A stretch of DNA of 64,000 nucleotides from Vicugna vicugna (lineage: Eukaryota), in contig MU058423.1 in the NCBI GenBank assembly GCA_013265495.1, positions 1,999,061 to 2,063,060 on the forward strand. The letters are read 5' to 3'. The notes below the pieces were generated by a model. The model ran no database searches, was not told the DNA's origin, and saw only the letters and a list, made by a program, of their open reading frames with translations. The translations under genes were made by a program, and so were the position numbers. Below are positions 13,546-27,083 of the stretch, piece by piece (positions within the stretch are counted from its first letter, which is position 1; the number at the start of each line of letters is the position of its first letter).

Positions 13546-14482
13546 AATGCAGCATGCCAGTGAGGGAGGGGGACAGGAAGGGCAGGCAGGAAGGGAGGAA
13601 AGGTCAGCCAAGGGGCTAGCTAGCAAGAGCCCGGGCTCAGCTCTGGGAATTGACTGTTTTGCCAAGGGCAGTCCCTGTCTCTTTGGCAGCTTTAGGCCCC
13701 AGAGCCTGAAACTGTAAACAATCCACTTACTAAATCAGTTAATTCAGCAAACATTTGCAGGCCTGAGAGTCAATGCCCGCCACGGTCCCGAGTGGGATCG
13801 CGAGAGCTTGAGACCCTCCTGCCCGGCGACCGGCAGAGGGCAGCAGAGACACACAGTTCGCAAACTGCGCTGCCCGCGAGCTGAGCTTCCCCGCTGGGGA
13901 AACTGGGTCAATCGGTCCTGCCAAGCCGCAAACATTCCGAGGACGGTGGGCACCTTGGGTCTCCCAGCAAGGACTGTAGATCTCAGATGCCACCTGACAG
14001 GGCCATCGGAACCCTCAGGGCTCTGGACTGGCAGACGTAATCCCTGTTTGTGGAAGGAAGGATGAGACTGGTAACCTGGGTTGGCTAGGGGCTGGCAGGA
14101 GAAGGCTGGAGGGAACTGGTCCCGGCAAAAGGTTTCATGCACCTGGACACATCCCAGGCCATGTATCAAAGAAGAAGGCCTGCCAAGGCAGGGCTGGTGT
14201 GATGGTTTGCTTCAGAAAGAACCTGTGACCTCACTGAGGAGTCTGAGGCTCTCAGGGCAGGTTGAAACCTCCATTTGGGGTTTTGGGGAAGGGCTAACTG
14301 GCTGGCTGCCAGTCAGCAAATGCTAGATAGACCTGGTAGCTCAGTGGTTATGTGGCAAGTCTGGAGTCGGATTTGCCTTTGTGTCCTGATTTTGCCACCT
14401 GTATCCTATAGGCCCTTGGGTGAGACATTTTCATCCTCGTTTCCTTTTCTGTAAACGGGTGGTGCTATTATAAAGATTAAGT

Positions 14483-14785
14483 AACCAGGAGTGGAAAAGG
14501 GGAGTGAAGGGATAAATTGGAAGTTCAGGATTTGCAGATACTAACGACTATATATGAAAGAGATAAACAACAAAGGCCTCCTGTATAGCACAGGGAACTA
14601 TATTCAATACCTTGTAACAGCCTATAATGAAAAAGATATGAAAAGGAATATATATATATATTTTATATATATATATATATATAAACTGAATCACTATGCT
14701 GTACACCAGAAATTAACACAACATTGTAAACTATTTATACTTCACTAAAAAAAAATAAAAAACTAATTCAAACGTTGGAAAAAAG
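14483..14785 (+). mobile_element. L1 3'UTR inserted into a MIR (MIR ~14335-14480)
   Basis: 'ctgtatagcacagggaactatattcaatac', A-rich tail, internal (TA)n at ~14648-14682, short TSD aaagatta at 14472-14479 and 14786-14793. Confidence 0.9.
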
Positions 14786-15729
14786 AAAGATTAGGGAGAA
14801 TAATAGGAGTCACAGCATTGCCCTCCTCACCTCCTCCTATCCTGGTGGGCACACCGTCTGAGCACAGTGGTGGAAGCAGAAGCCTTTTGCGCATGGCAGT
14901 GAGGAGCAGATGCCACAGTGCTGTCATCTGGGCCGTGTGAACTCATCCTGCAGGGACACTCTCCTGGAAAAGCCAGGGGTTAGGCGGCACCTCTCCCCAT
15001 AGCCCTCTCACCCCACAGGACCCCGCTGCAGAGAGGTCCAAGGACCTGGGGAAAGCATGTCTCTCCACCCTCAAGCCATGGTGCTTTGAGGTCTCTGAGG
15101 GTTGAGAAACTAGGGAGGTGGAACAGACCTGGAATGAGAGGGGACCTGGAGGAGGGAGTGAGGAGGAAGCCGATTCTGAAACTCTAGTTCCTCCCATGGA
15201 CCCCATGATGGTTAGAAGGCCCCCTTGAACCTGAAGTCAGGGACCTGCTTCTTCCAGATTGTGTGTTCTCTCCACTCATCTAAGACCTCGAAGCCAGGAC
15301 TCTGGGAGAGGGATGGTGGGTGCTGACGCTTCTATATGAGGGCACAGAACACTGCTCCACACTTGTTGGCTGTTAATGAGGAAGGCATCTTGGAGAACTA
15401 ATTGGAGCACCAATTTAATGATTAAAAACAACCAAAAAAAAACCCCACAAAAACTGAGGCTCAAAGAACAGTGGAACCAGGGAAAGGAAAGTTCCTATCT
15501 TTTTTAATTGCTTCTGGAATCTTCATCTGTGACTATTTGGTGTAAGGGGCTGGACCCCTACAGTGAGCTGCCCAAACCTAGGGCATTTCACTGTGCCCAC
15601 ATCCTCCCTACTTCACCTCTGGCCATGCTTACATTCGCCAGCCTCACGTGTGAGTGGGCTCAGTTCTCCCAGCCCCAGCCTGGCCTCTGGGGCTCCAAGG
15701 AGCAGCCAGTGCTTCTGAGGTTGAGGGGG

Positions 15730-15870
15730 ATCAGGCAGTATAATGTGATAAAGCAAGTTGCCTGAGCTGGAATCCCAGCACTAGCTGTGAGACCTTGGGC
15801 AAGATACTTCATTTCTGCAAGCCTCAGTTTTCCTCATCTACCAAATGGGGACAATAATAGTATTCCTTAT
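15730..15870 (+). mobile_element. MIR SINE
   Basis: 'ctagctgtgagaccttgggcaag...gcctcagttttcctcatctaccaaatggggacaataatagta' MIR core. Confidence 0.8.
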
Positions 15871-18379
15871 AGATACTCCTCTTTCTAGTCCCTCCTAATC
15901 TGAAATGAAAAGCAACAATTACCCTAATAGCCTTCTTTTTTTTTTTTCCTGGGAAAGCCAAACAGCAGGACCCAAAAGGAAAGGGGTGGAAGCCAGTATT
16001 TGGAATCTTCTGGTCCAGGTACCGGGAGCTTTCAGGTGGAAATAGCTTAAGGCTGGTGAACAGGGCTGTGGCCCAGCACACCTCTGCCTCTTGAGTGACC
16101 GTAGCTTGGTTGCTGTGCCTCTTCGGCCCTTCCTGTTCCCCTCTGGACACCAGAGAGATTGAGCTCGGTGATCTCTCAGGTCCCTGTAGCCCTGTGCTCC
16201 GAGATCCTTAGCCGCAGAGCCAGGCCCTCGTTCTTTGGGATGGAGCCCAGGCCTCACACAGCCACAGCAGCTAAAGCAGCAGCACTTTGCTGGGCCCTGG
16301 CCCACTGCCCAGAGGAGGTCACTCAGCCCCAGGGAAGCCCCTGGTTTGCCGGTTTGGATGCTGCAAAGGGCCAAGCAACAGAGACTTTGGCCTATTGGCA
16401 TCTGGTTCCAGCTGGAGCTTTTCAGGGATGGATGAGGAGCAGCAGGGCTGGCAGAAGCCGTGAAAAAAAAAAAAAAACCAGCCTGGAGCTCACATTCTGT
16501 GGCCTTGCTTTGAAATCCACCTCAACCACCTGGGAAATGATGAAGCCCTGAAAGGAAACAATGATCAGGGCCCCAGGGGAAGTTTCCTGTTTGAAAAGGC
16601 CTGGGTGAGGGATGGATTCCATGTGAGGGGACAAGGATTGGTAGGAGGAGGCTCTGCAAAGGCCAACAAGCAGAGGCCAAAGCAGGTCCCCCATCACTGG
16701 CTCAGTCAGTCAATAAGCAGAGCTGTATCTTGTCCTGTGTGTGGCACTGGCTGGCAGCTGTGGGGGTGTCATCAAAGGGGTCACATGTGGCCTGGAGGAC
16801 TTTATGATCCATGAAAAATGCATGTGGTGTGAACCACAAACAAGTGGTAAGGGGAAGGGGCTGGGGCGGGGAAGAACTCAATCCCAGGGGGCTCCAAGGT
16901 CTCCCAGGTGGTGGCCGGAGCTGGCTGCTCTCCTCTGTCAGGCAGGTGGTAGGTCCATTTTCCTCCCTTGGGCAATGGATCATCCAAACAACCACCTCAT
17001 TCATTTCAGCAACCATGAATGCTGGGTACACCTGACTGTGTGAACTGTGCCCCATGCATTGACTGGCTGGCCCTAGGGACCTCTCTCTGGAGTCACTGGA
17101 GGCTGGGGTGACTATGATCATTCTTGTCTACAAACAAGCAAACCAGGGACCAGTCGGAAGTGCCTCATCCACGTCGCCCAGCTTCTGAGGCTTGGAGCTG
17201 GGATTTGAATCCACATCCAACTATCTTCAAGTCCTGTATTTGTCCCAATAAGATGCCACGGTCCTCCCATTGCCCTGTAGTAAGGATAGACAACATCCCC
17301 CCAGGCCCCCATCCCATGCAACGTGGGCAGATTTTGCTGGAAATGTAGACATTTCCAGGGGAAATCAGCTGCTCTGATCGCCTGTCCCCACCATAAGCAG
17401 GAAGACAGCTTGGTGTTTGCAGGGCCACCAGGAGAATGCCCAGCGGCCCTCTCCTTCCACAGACACTTCAGTTTGGGACTCGGTGTCCTCCAAGGTCTCC
17501 CAGATCCTGATGCCTCCACTTCCACTCAGCAACTCCACTCCAGGACTTATTGGTGACTTATTGGTGACTCATGGAAAGGAAAAAGCAAGGTCCTTGCAGA
17601 GCCAGGCAGAGCCCACTGAAGTCCTGGTGAAGGCCTCTCAGATGACCTTGAGCAAATTTCAGAACCCCCTGAGCCTGGGCTCCATCATCTGCTAAAGACA
17701 AAGACCACCAACCATGCTAAGCAGAGCTTACAGCTTGCTTCTGAGAACTGGGTGAGTTAACCTGTGTGAAACCACCTGACTCTAAGAAGATGTTCAATAA
17801 ATTCTATTCTTCATGGCGTAGAATTGGAGGATACAATTAAGCCTCCCAGCATTCCTATGAGGCATGCTAGTATGTATCTCCTCATTTTGCAGGTAAAGAA
17901 ACTGAGGCTCCAAGACGTTAGGTTCCTTGCTGAAGGTCAAAATCAATGATCTGACCCAGAACCCAAGAGTTAACATCCAAGATACTCTGCAACAATTTCC
18001 AGTTTCCTGCAGGGGCTGGAGGGTCCTTCCATGAAATACGATCTCATCTATCTTTAGATTTTTGTTTAGATAAGCAAGACCCTCCTGAAGGGGGCACACA
18101 TCCCTCACAATAATAGTTTCTCCTTCTCCTACGTGCTCAGAACACTGTGGTTATGCTGGTCCCTTACACCTTCCAAGTGTTACATGTATTTACACATCAT
18201 TTACACATCTGGCTCTGGCACTAAGTGGACACTCTTGGAGGACATGGACAAGATCTTATTTTATTTCTCTTTGTTTCCCCTCCAAGTAACCATTACCCAT
18301 AGTGCTTTGCACACCAGAGTTTTTTAATAAATGTTTGTTGAGTTGAGGGGTGCGTTAGGCAGAGTTGAGTAGACTGCAT

Positions 18380-18580
18380 GACAGACTTCCGTCCGAATCC
18401 CTACTCCCACTGACTGCGTGACCCTGGGCAAATGACTCAACCTCTCTGGGCTGTCCTTGGTCTCCTCACTTCTAAAATGGGACAATGGTACCTACCTTCA
18501 AGAGGATGAAATTTAAAAATGCAAGCGAAGCATCTTCACAGCGCCTGGCATACATTAGACAGTCAGTAAATGATGTTTAA
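18380..18580 (+). mobile_element. MIR SINE
   Basis: 'gtgaccctgggcaaatgactcaacctctctggg...aaaatgggacaatggtacctacc...acagcgcctggcatac'. Confidence 0.75.
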
Positions 18581-19659
18581 TATAACACCTGAAGGGGTGG
18601 AGACTGGACAAAGTGGATGCTGGTGACAAGGAAAGAAAGAAGTAGCCATGGGAGACATGCAAAAAGAGGGATGCTGCGAAAGACCAAACTTGCTTACTTC
18701 TTAGAGCATGGTGGAATAGAGATAGATAGAAAGGAAGGAGATATTTTAAGGAAAGTTCAGTATAATGGAGAGAAGCCAACCCAATGGGCGTAAGGCTGCT
18801 GGGACAAGAGGCAGAAAGGTGTTGGTTAAAAGTGAGAGAAGCCTGAAGCAGTGTCCCAGAGACTCTGTCCAGGATGAAAGAAGGAGCCTGGAAAACAGAG
18901 AGACACGCCTACTCAACCAGAATAAGGAAAACGCTGGGCGGGGGCAGGGGCATGCAGTGGATGAGGGGGGGACATTACAAACGAAGGTGGCTGTGGAAGA
19001 AACAGCTTCTGTCTGGATGCAAAAGGAGGCTCTGAAAGCCAAAAAGAATGAATAATCCAGGCATTGGGCTCAAGGCAGGAGGCAGCTGTTCATTTATGGC
19101 TTGATGAGCACTTGACGAAGCTCCATCATCTAGTTTAAGAAACTCCTTCTACTGCTGTTTGGACTGAAATGTCTTTAGCTGGAGCACAGGCTTCGTGAAG
19201 ACCCCATCCAGAAGGAAGCAGAGAGCAGTGGAAGCAGGGGGACCCCAGACCCATGGCACAGTCTGTGGAGACTGTCCTCCCTCTCAATCTCAGCCCTTGG
19301 GGTGGGGGCAGCTGGGAAGTACCAGAGATGGTACAAGGAAAGCCTTCTGTTGGCAGAGCCCTGGGCCTTTTTGTCAAATCAAGCAGGGTCTTTCTGAGCC
19401 TCACATCTGATCTCTACAATTTAAGTCAAAATTTACTGACGCAGAGGTTTCTGCCTGCATGATGTAGGGGGAGGGAGGAGTCAGGGGCCTCTTTTCATAA
19501 CCTAGAGACAGGGTCCTGCTCTCAGCCCAAGTCCTTGCTCCCTCCTCTGACCATCACTCAGCTCATTTTTCTACAGTGAGAGAGGAAGAAGCTTGCCAAG
19601 TGACAGGAGCCAAGTCGTTAACCAGCCTGCAGGGGCAGAAATGGTCTTTCTGGCCTCAG

Positions 19660-20195
19660 GACCGGAGGGAGATTGTCCAAAGCAATTTATAGACTCACTT
19701 GAAAGGTGACATGGGCAGGAGAGTGGCTGGGGAAGCAAAAGTTCCTTTATCCACAGAGCCTCTTGGCAGACATGCCCTGCCTGTTAACCGGAAATAGTAC
19801 TGGGAGCCGGGAGCCCGGAGGAACACCTCCGGCCAGATGTGAGGGGACCCTGTGGACAGATGTGTGAATGCCCTTTTCGCTCGAATGCAGGCTCAGGTTG
19901 GTGGGGGTGGGATTCTGCTCTGTACAGTTATTCAGGGCCTTGGATTTGCCGTCTTCCGCACGAGGCTGCCCTGTGTCCCAACATCCAGCTGATGGGGAGA
20001 GAACACGGAGACTGTACATGGGACATCTTTACGGTCAGGGCCGGAAGTGGCACACACTGTTTCACATGCCATTGGCCAGAACTCATTCCCAAGGATGCAC
20101 TCAGCTGCAAGAGAGGCTAGAAAGTGAAGCTTAGCTGTGTGCCCAGGAAGGAGATGAAATAGATTTGGTGATCTGTCAGCAGTCTCTGCTGCATA
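19660..20195 (-). mobile_element. MaLR LTR (MLT1J-like)
   Basis: 'ccattggccagaactc...agctgcaagagaggctagaaagtgaagcttagctgtgtgcccaggaagg...cagcagtctctgctgca'. Confidence 0.6.
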
Positions 20196-20894
20196 CCCCA
20201 AATCACCCAGGCCATTTGGTGGTAGAGGGTTGGGAAGAGGCACCAGAGAAATAAACAATTTGATGAGACATGAAGGGCTTCGGACAATAACCCACACTGG
20301 GGAACCTTAATAATCGCCCCCTTCCTTAGCCTTAGCAGCAGGGGCCCCTGGGGAAGACATTTGGTGGGGAAGTCAGGTCAGATTCAACTTGGAGCTTCAC
20401 AAGAACTGTGGCATCTCTTGGCCTGAGGGAAGAGGTGCCCTGGAGGCCTAGAGAATGCTCTGGGGAGAGGGCGAGGGCCTGGTCACTCAGGGCGAGCTCT
20501 GGGCTCAGATGAGGTGAGGACAGGGAGCCTTAGGTCCAGCTCAGGTCACCAGGATAGGAGAGAAGGCAGGGGCCCAGGACACACACTGCACACAGCAGTA
20601 CCCATGTGTGTCCCCTGCACCCCATCTTTGTGGAAGAAGAGTCTAGGAGCCAGGGCCTAGGAAGAGGAGACCACCTGGAGGCCAGCAGGCAAGAGGGGTC
20701 TCACTGCTCAGGAAGGTCAGGGGAGGACGGGAGAGCAGGGAGCCCAGCGACCTGAGGAGGAGGGACACAGAACAAGGAAACAGAGCCGAAGAACCCTGTT
20801 TCGTGTGTGATATAAGAGGTGTGCCTTTTCATTTTTATAATTACGTTGTTACTTTTGGGATCACAGAGCATCCAACAGGACTCCCTGCAATGAC

Positions 20895-21055
20895 AGAATG
20901 CTGTCCAATAGGGTAACTGCCAGCCACATGTGGCCGTGGGGCACCTGAAATGGGGCTCGTGTGACTGAGGAACTACCTTTTCAATTGTATTAAATTTTAA
21001 TTAATTTAAATGTAAACAGCCACAGACAGCTAGCAGCCACTGAGCTGGACAGCGT
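20895..21055. mobile_element. MER3/MER33-like hAT-Charlie element
   Basis: Termini 'gctgtcca...tggacagc' form inverted repeats; internal 'agccacatgtggc...gactgaggaact...taatttaaatgtaaacagccac'. Confidence 0.75.
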
Positions 21056-21548
21056 TGGCATAGTCCAGCCCAGGGAAGATAGGCGGTGGGCTGTCAGTAA
21101 CTGTGGCTGAGTCTGCTCATGCTCTGCCTGTCACTGTCCTGGGCGCTCCGCACCATCCCAGCTTTGGCTTATGACGAGCCCCGGGTAAACAGTGGGTCTA
21201 TTTCTACTCTCAGGTCTGGGCGATTTGGGCCTCTGAAATCCTCATTTGCTTTCATCCCTAGGTCTGGAAAAAGAAATCAGTCAGAGTGCTGGGCAGCCAG
21301 GAAGCATTACTGAATCTTTGTGGTCCCAGTGCTGGAGCTCCAGAAGGGGCTTGGACCCTGTGTTCTCTGGTTTTAAAGCGTTAGGCTTTGGTCACTGTTC
21401 CTTCGTCAGTGGGAGGGTCTGAGCCACCGGGGCCAGGCCAAAGCAGCGGCAAGAGGCTCCGGGGCAGCTTGCAGCTTGCAGCTTGAGGGTGGGGAATGTA
21501 ATTGCATCTGCCACTCATCTGCTCCGTGCCCAGACTGTCTAAACCGGA

Positions 21549-21745
21549 AAGGCTTTGATGCCTACTGTCCACCCACCACCACACTCACTCCCCCCACCAC
21601 CCCCCCCCACTTCATTTTAAATCCTCAGCACCTGGCTCCTTTCTCTCACAAGGCTTTGATGCCTACTGTCCACCCACCACCACACTCACTCCCCCCACCA
21701 CCCCCCTCAACTTCATTTTGAATCGTCAGCACTTGGCTCCTTTCT
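21549..21745. repeat. Tandem duplication, ~101-bp unit x2
   Basis: 'aaggctttgatgcctactgtccacccaccaccacactcactc...cttcattt..cagcac.tggctcctttct' at 21549 and 21650 with few mismatches. Confidence 0.95.
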
Positions 21746-24166
21746 AGCACATCCCCTCTCCCAGTTCCCACACCCGCTGAACCAGCTCTGCTTCGAAGCC
21801 TGTTGTCACTGTCTGCCATCCTCTCATGGCTTCAAACATTATCGGTAGACGTGACTGTCTGTCTCGGTCCCTGAGGGACCCCCAGGACCAGGGCTGCCTT
21901 GCCAGTGCACTGGGCAACACCTGAGTCCCCAGAGTCTGCGCTACAGTCAAGACTGTCCCCTGCCCTTCCCTTGGCAGCTAGAGGAGAGGGACCTCCCCCA
22001 TCCCTTCCCTCCTCTGGGCAGTTCTTTCTCCTCTCTCCTTCTTCTTCATGCTCCTCCCCTCTAGGAGAGCTGGTTTTCATCCTCTCTACAGGATACAAGG
22101 TTGGCTGGTCCCCAAAGTAATATTTGAAGGCAGTGAGAGGGTAGTTACCTGAGAGAGAGGCGAAGCACCGTGTGACTGTAAGGCCGGTGGGCTGGAATCC
22201 AGATGGGCCTGGTCGGCTTCCTGCCCCATATGCAGGGTCAGCTTCTCAAGCTCAAGCTTTTCCTCCAGCCTTTAAGGCTGCCCTACTCTCCATTGGCCGG
22301 AACTGCAGCCATCTTCAAGTCCTGGTTCAAGCCCTACCTGAGTTCCTGCCTCTAGTCTCACTAAGCCTCCTAGGCCTTCTTAGAATGGGCACCAGGAAGC
22401 TCCTTCTAAAGGCCAAAGCTAAGGTGTCCTCCTCTGTGTAACGTCTTCCGGTGGACCCTCCACAGCTCCCCAGTGAAGGCCGGACTCCCTAGCAGGACTT
22501 AGGTGTGTCACAGCCTCTTCCTCTTCCCCAGCCCTACCCTCTCACCAGGCCAGACTGCTCTCCCTTTTTCCCCACAAGCTCACACATGACATGTGGTGGT
22601 TCTATGAGAGACCTGTTCCTCTGGGGATAGCCCATGTTATTCACAGTTCCCCATGAGCTAGCGCTAAGTCCACTCATTTCTCTTCCGCTCAAGAAACGCT
22701 CTCACTCTCCATCACATTTCCAATCTGCTCAGGCATACCACCTCTGGGACGTATTCCTTATCTCCTAACACCAGACAGGTGGCAGTGGTCCTTTTTGGTT
22801 CTGTCAAAGCATCCCTGTGAGGTCTGCAGTTTTAATTTCCTTATTTCTCCAGCACCTACCCCTAGCACCCACCACCCAGGTGGGCTTCTTCGTAGCAGCT
22901 GGCTGAATGGAATGACACCCACCCTGACCACCAGCCTGGGAGCCTTTCTCCCTGCCTGAAGCCAGATTGTAGGTCATGGCTCAGAACACAAATGAGAGAA
23001 TGAACACAGGACCTGTGATTGATACCATTTATCCAGTGCCCTTCAAGCATCGTTTGGTACTGAAAGCTGTCATTTCCCATTCATGGCCTGGACCCCAACC
23101 TCTCCTCCCTGAAGGCTGGAGACCCAGATGGGGCTGGTATAGCCTCTTTCACAGAGCAGATGCTCCATAAATATTTATTGGATGATTAACTTCCAGCATT
23201 CAGCCCTCAGGATGAAGCTGAGCTCAGATTAAGTTTTATTGTTGTTGTTTTCCTCTTTATTGTTTTCTGGTCTACCAGGAAGTACAAAGGATCATCTCGG
23301 GGACAACTGATGTAAGCCACTTCTCCCTACCCACTGCCCCCTTTACAATCCAAGAGTCAGAGATTTCAGAGCTGAGCCCCGCAAGCTCTCCTCCATCTCT
23401 GGACTGCTCTCTTGGGACCAGCTTCCCACAGCCTCCCCCGTCCCCGGGAGCAGCCAAGGCATCTTATTCATGGATGCTCCTTCTGTGCAGGGCTTTGGCG
23501 GTGGCTGCTCTTCCACCACTCCGCCACTCACTCAGGCAGGGCCCTGCCAAGTTGCCTCCTCCACACCTGCTGGCGTACCTGGCTGGGTTCGCAGCCTCAC
23601 TTGGGATTGCTTTCTTTGCTTCCAAGTCGGGTTGCCTTTCCTCTTCTTCTCTGAAGGAACACCCATGGTTCCTGGACTTTCACCTGTTTGCCATCCAGTT
23701 CCTTTCCTCTCCTGGCCTCCTCCCTGGGTGCATCGCCTAGAGCACCACCAGGGCCCTTCTTACACGTCCTTGGCACCAGAACACACTTGCGCTCCTTGAG
23801 CCTCAGTGGCATGCATTACCTCCTTCAATCGTGCCATGGATTCCTTGAGAGTAGGCTCTGGAACTAAGTGCAGCTCTGCCGCCTCCCACATTCTCCACGT
23901 TCTCCCACAGGACCTTGCCCGTGGTAAGCTTTGACATCTTTTCACTGATTACTCAGAGATGGTGCCTCATTAATGGGTTTGTGAAACTTGGGCTCTCTTC
24001 CATGAAGACAATGGAACTTGGGATCTCTTTCATTAGGACAATGTTTCCCAATGTGGGTTGTAGGATATCAATAGGTGTTTTAGGATAAAGAGAACCACGA
24101 TCAAGTAAAACATTTCTTAGAGCCCTTAATGTGTTAATGTACATTGTAATCTTCCAAGTAAAAAGA

Positions 24167-24498
24167 TGTGGGTCATCTAAGATCCCTATGGATTAGGACC
24201 TGCAGACATAGGACCTAAGACAGGTACTCAGGATGTTGAGAGCATCTACCTATGTCAGGTAAAGGGTAGACAGCAACTGATTAGGGTAAGGTCAGCATGT
24301 AAAGCCAACCTCGCAAAGATGCACCCTGGATCCCAGGGCTCACACAGCTAAAGCCAGATGGGGTTCCCATTAGGTAAAGGGAGCACGAGTCTCCTCACTC
24401 TCAGGATCTTATCGTCCCCCAGCCCCAAGGGGGTGGGCTGTCATCAATAGCTTAACCAATAAACCTTCGCTCAAACCAGCATACACCTGGATCCAACA
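24167..24498 (+). mobile_element. Possible short solo LTR inside a MER102/112-like hAT relic (~24035-24705)
   Basis: TG...CA ends, AATAAA at ~24458 near the 3' end; flanks resemble hAT-Charlie MITE ends ('caatgtttcccaa', 'gggaacacac'). Confidence 0.35.
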
Positions 24499-25277
24499 GC
24501 CAAATTCCAGTTAGAGAATTTCTAATCAAGTTGAAAATCTAGGAACTTTTTAGGTGGGATTTATAAGCAAAATAGAGTTCTCTCTATGAAGCTGGACTGG
24601 CCACAGTCAAAAAAATTTGGCCAAAAACTCCTTTTTTTTCCCCCCTTGAAACGCCTCACGGGATTGATGTGTTTGGGAACACACCTCAGTAAATGTGTCT
24701 TAGAGGCACTAACCTGTCTTCACCATCAGGGAGGAAGCACCACAGGATCACCCCTGGTATTTTGTGGTCCTTTTGTTTACAAAGCAGCTCTGGGTATCCC
24801 ATCATGTGACTCTCCCAACCTAACATTGTCTCCATTGCACAGATGACAGAAGGTGGGGAAGGCCCTTGGATGGGAGTCCTGAGTCACGTATTTAAGTCTG
24901 CTCTGTCATTTACTATTTGTGGGCCATCTATCTTCGAAATGGGAATATCCATCTCACAAGGTTACTGACAGGATGAAATGAAACTGTGTGTTAGGTTACT
25001 GTGTAAAACCCCTTATTCCAACGTGTGTTTATTGGACCCCCGCTGTGTGGCATCCCATAGGGACAGCTACCATTCACTGGGTGACATACACAGTTCTCCG
25101 CACGTACTGTATGCTATTTAATGTGATCCTCACAACAACCTTGTGCGGCTGGTTATTATAATCCCCATTTTCTAGATGAGGAAACTGAGGTTCAGAGATT
25201 TGAGGAGATTTTCCCGAGTTTACAGTCAGAAAACTTGAACGCAGAGCCAAATCCAAAGCCCATGTTCTGTGCTCTTT

Positions 25278-25432
25278 TCTTTCTTAAATATTAATTTTTT
25301 GGTTAAGGCCTTTTTTGGGGGGGTTGTTCTCTTTTCTTAATACTTTTTTTTAAATGAAGGTACCTGGGATTTGAACCTAGGACCTTGTACATGCTAAGCC
25401 TGCGCTCCACCACTGAGCTATTCCTCACCTCC
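25278..25432 (-). mobile_element. tRNA-Ala(AGC)-derived SINE (camelid Vic-1-like)
   Basis: Reverse complement reads tagctcagtggtggagcgcaggcttAGCatgtacaaggtcctaggttcaaatccc (A box, AGC anticodon, B box) followed by an A-rich tail; TSD tgctcttt at 25270-25277 and 25434-25441; sits at the end of a MIR (~25095-25265). Confidence 0.85.
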
Positions 25433-27035
25433 ATGCTCTTTAATGTTAAGAGTTAAGATGCTAGTTCTAAAGAGTGAAAAATAGGAAAACAAAGCCTATC
25501 TCACATGCAAAAACAAGCTAACAAAAACATATGAAAAAGATACTGGTTCCGGGCTGTGCTGAATGTGGTTCCACAGAGTAAAGATCAACAGTATTCATGT
25601 TAATCTTTACGTTTAAAAGTAGTAAGTTGATGTTAAAAGAAGTATGTCCTAAGCTTAGTTCCACACGTACTGGTATAGCAAGTCTCTTCCCTGACCGTCT
25701 TCCATCTTCCTCCTCTGGAAAACAGGGGAAATTACCACTATAATTGACCCAGAATATGCAAAAGCAGCTACAACAGTGTCTGGCTCTTGGCAGACACTCA
25801 TAAGTGGAGCTGAATGAGATTCTCTGTAGCTTATAATCTAGCAATAACACACAGGAACATGCCCGCAGATACAGTGATTTTTTTAACACCGAGCACAAGA
25901 GCGGTGAAGATGTCGGTGCTCATTTCTATAACTGCGTTTTAACACTCAGGCGGTAAGACATGAGGGCAAGGCGGGGAGCAGGCGGATGACTTAGGGGTTA
26001 AGAGTACCACACAACCTGATCAAATCCACTTAGCAGTTTGGGGCCTTTGGGAAAGTTATTCGGCCACTCCACGCCTGTTTCCTTGTCTGTAAAATGACAG
26101 GGTAGTTGTGAGGATTAAAAGAGTGAATACATGCAAAGCACTGGGAACACCGACTGGCACAGGGTAAGATGCTGTCCTCCTTACCGCAGGGTAAGATCCC
26201 CGCTCCCGCTACCAGCTCTCTTTCCCTCTTCTGACCCCTTGTAACTCTCATGAATGCCAAAGACAGGTCTAAATAAATTTCATGCTTTGGCATTTTGGGG
26301 CATGTACATGTTTTATCACTCCTCCTAGATCTGAGCAATCTGAGGGTCAGATTCAGCCCACACAGGGCTCCCACCAAAATAAGTGCTCTGTAACTGACTG
26401 TGGAATCAGTGGAAAAATCAATGAATTAGAACACGGCCTTGGGGTCCAGTTCTGAGGGATGCAGGGCCATATGCTTCCCCCTCCCATGCAACTCCATGCC
26501 CAGGCCCTTTCACCACGCTGGTGCCCCTGGGTTTCTCTGCTTCTCTCCTCTTGTCCTGGCTACAGAGGTCCCAAGAAGGGCACCTGTGCTCTGAAGAGGC
26601 TGGCTGACTGAGGTTGTAGGGGTCCGGCTGCCCCTCCCCACAACCCTTTGATCAGTCAGCCCAAACCTGAGACTACAGACCAGCCTGATGGACCCGCACA
26701 TTAAGTGCTCAAAGGCACATGGGTGTGTGAGGTAAGAAAGTGTTCCCTGTACTGCTATCTGAAAGCCCACCCTTGCTCTCCAGGCATCCCCTGGGACACA
26801 CCATGAAGACGATTAGCATAGGAAGACATTAACCACAATGCTTTCTGCAGCTCAGGGTAGGAAAAGCGATTAAGGACCCAAGGGACTGAGATGGGGAGGA
26901 GGAAAGGATCAAATTCTGAAGCCTGGGTAACAGAAGACTGATCTTTCTTCTCTCCGGGGTCCTGGTTGTTAGGGTCTGGCTCGCAGAGTATCAGAGAGGA
27001 ATGTGCCCCAGGGGTCCTCAGTATCCAGACCTTCT

Positions 27036-27083
27036 AGGGAAAAGACCAGAGATGGCAGAAGGGAAAAGACCAGAGATGGCAGA
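27036..27083. repeat. Perfect 24-bp tandem duplication
   Basis: agggaaaagaccagagatggcaga x2. Confidence 0.95.

Noticed and set aside
15824..17695. Dense overlapping ORFs suggesting a coding exon cluster
   Set aside because: GC-rich sequence lowers stop frequency; no protein similarity or consistent splice structure that I can support
27036..27083. Direct repeats as a CRISPR-like array
   Set aside because: Only two adjacent copies with no spacer, in eukaryotic DNA; a simple tandem duplication
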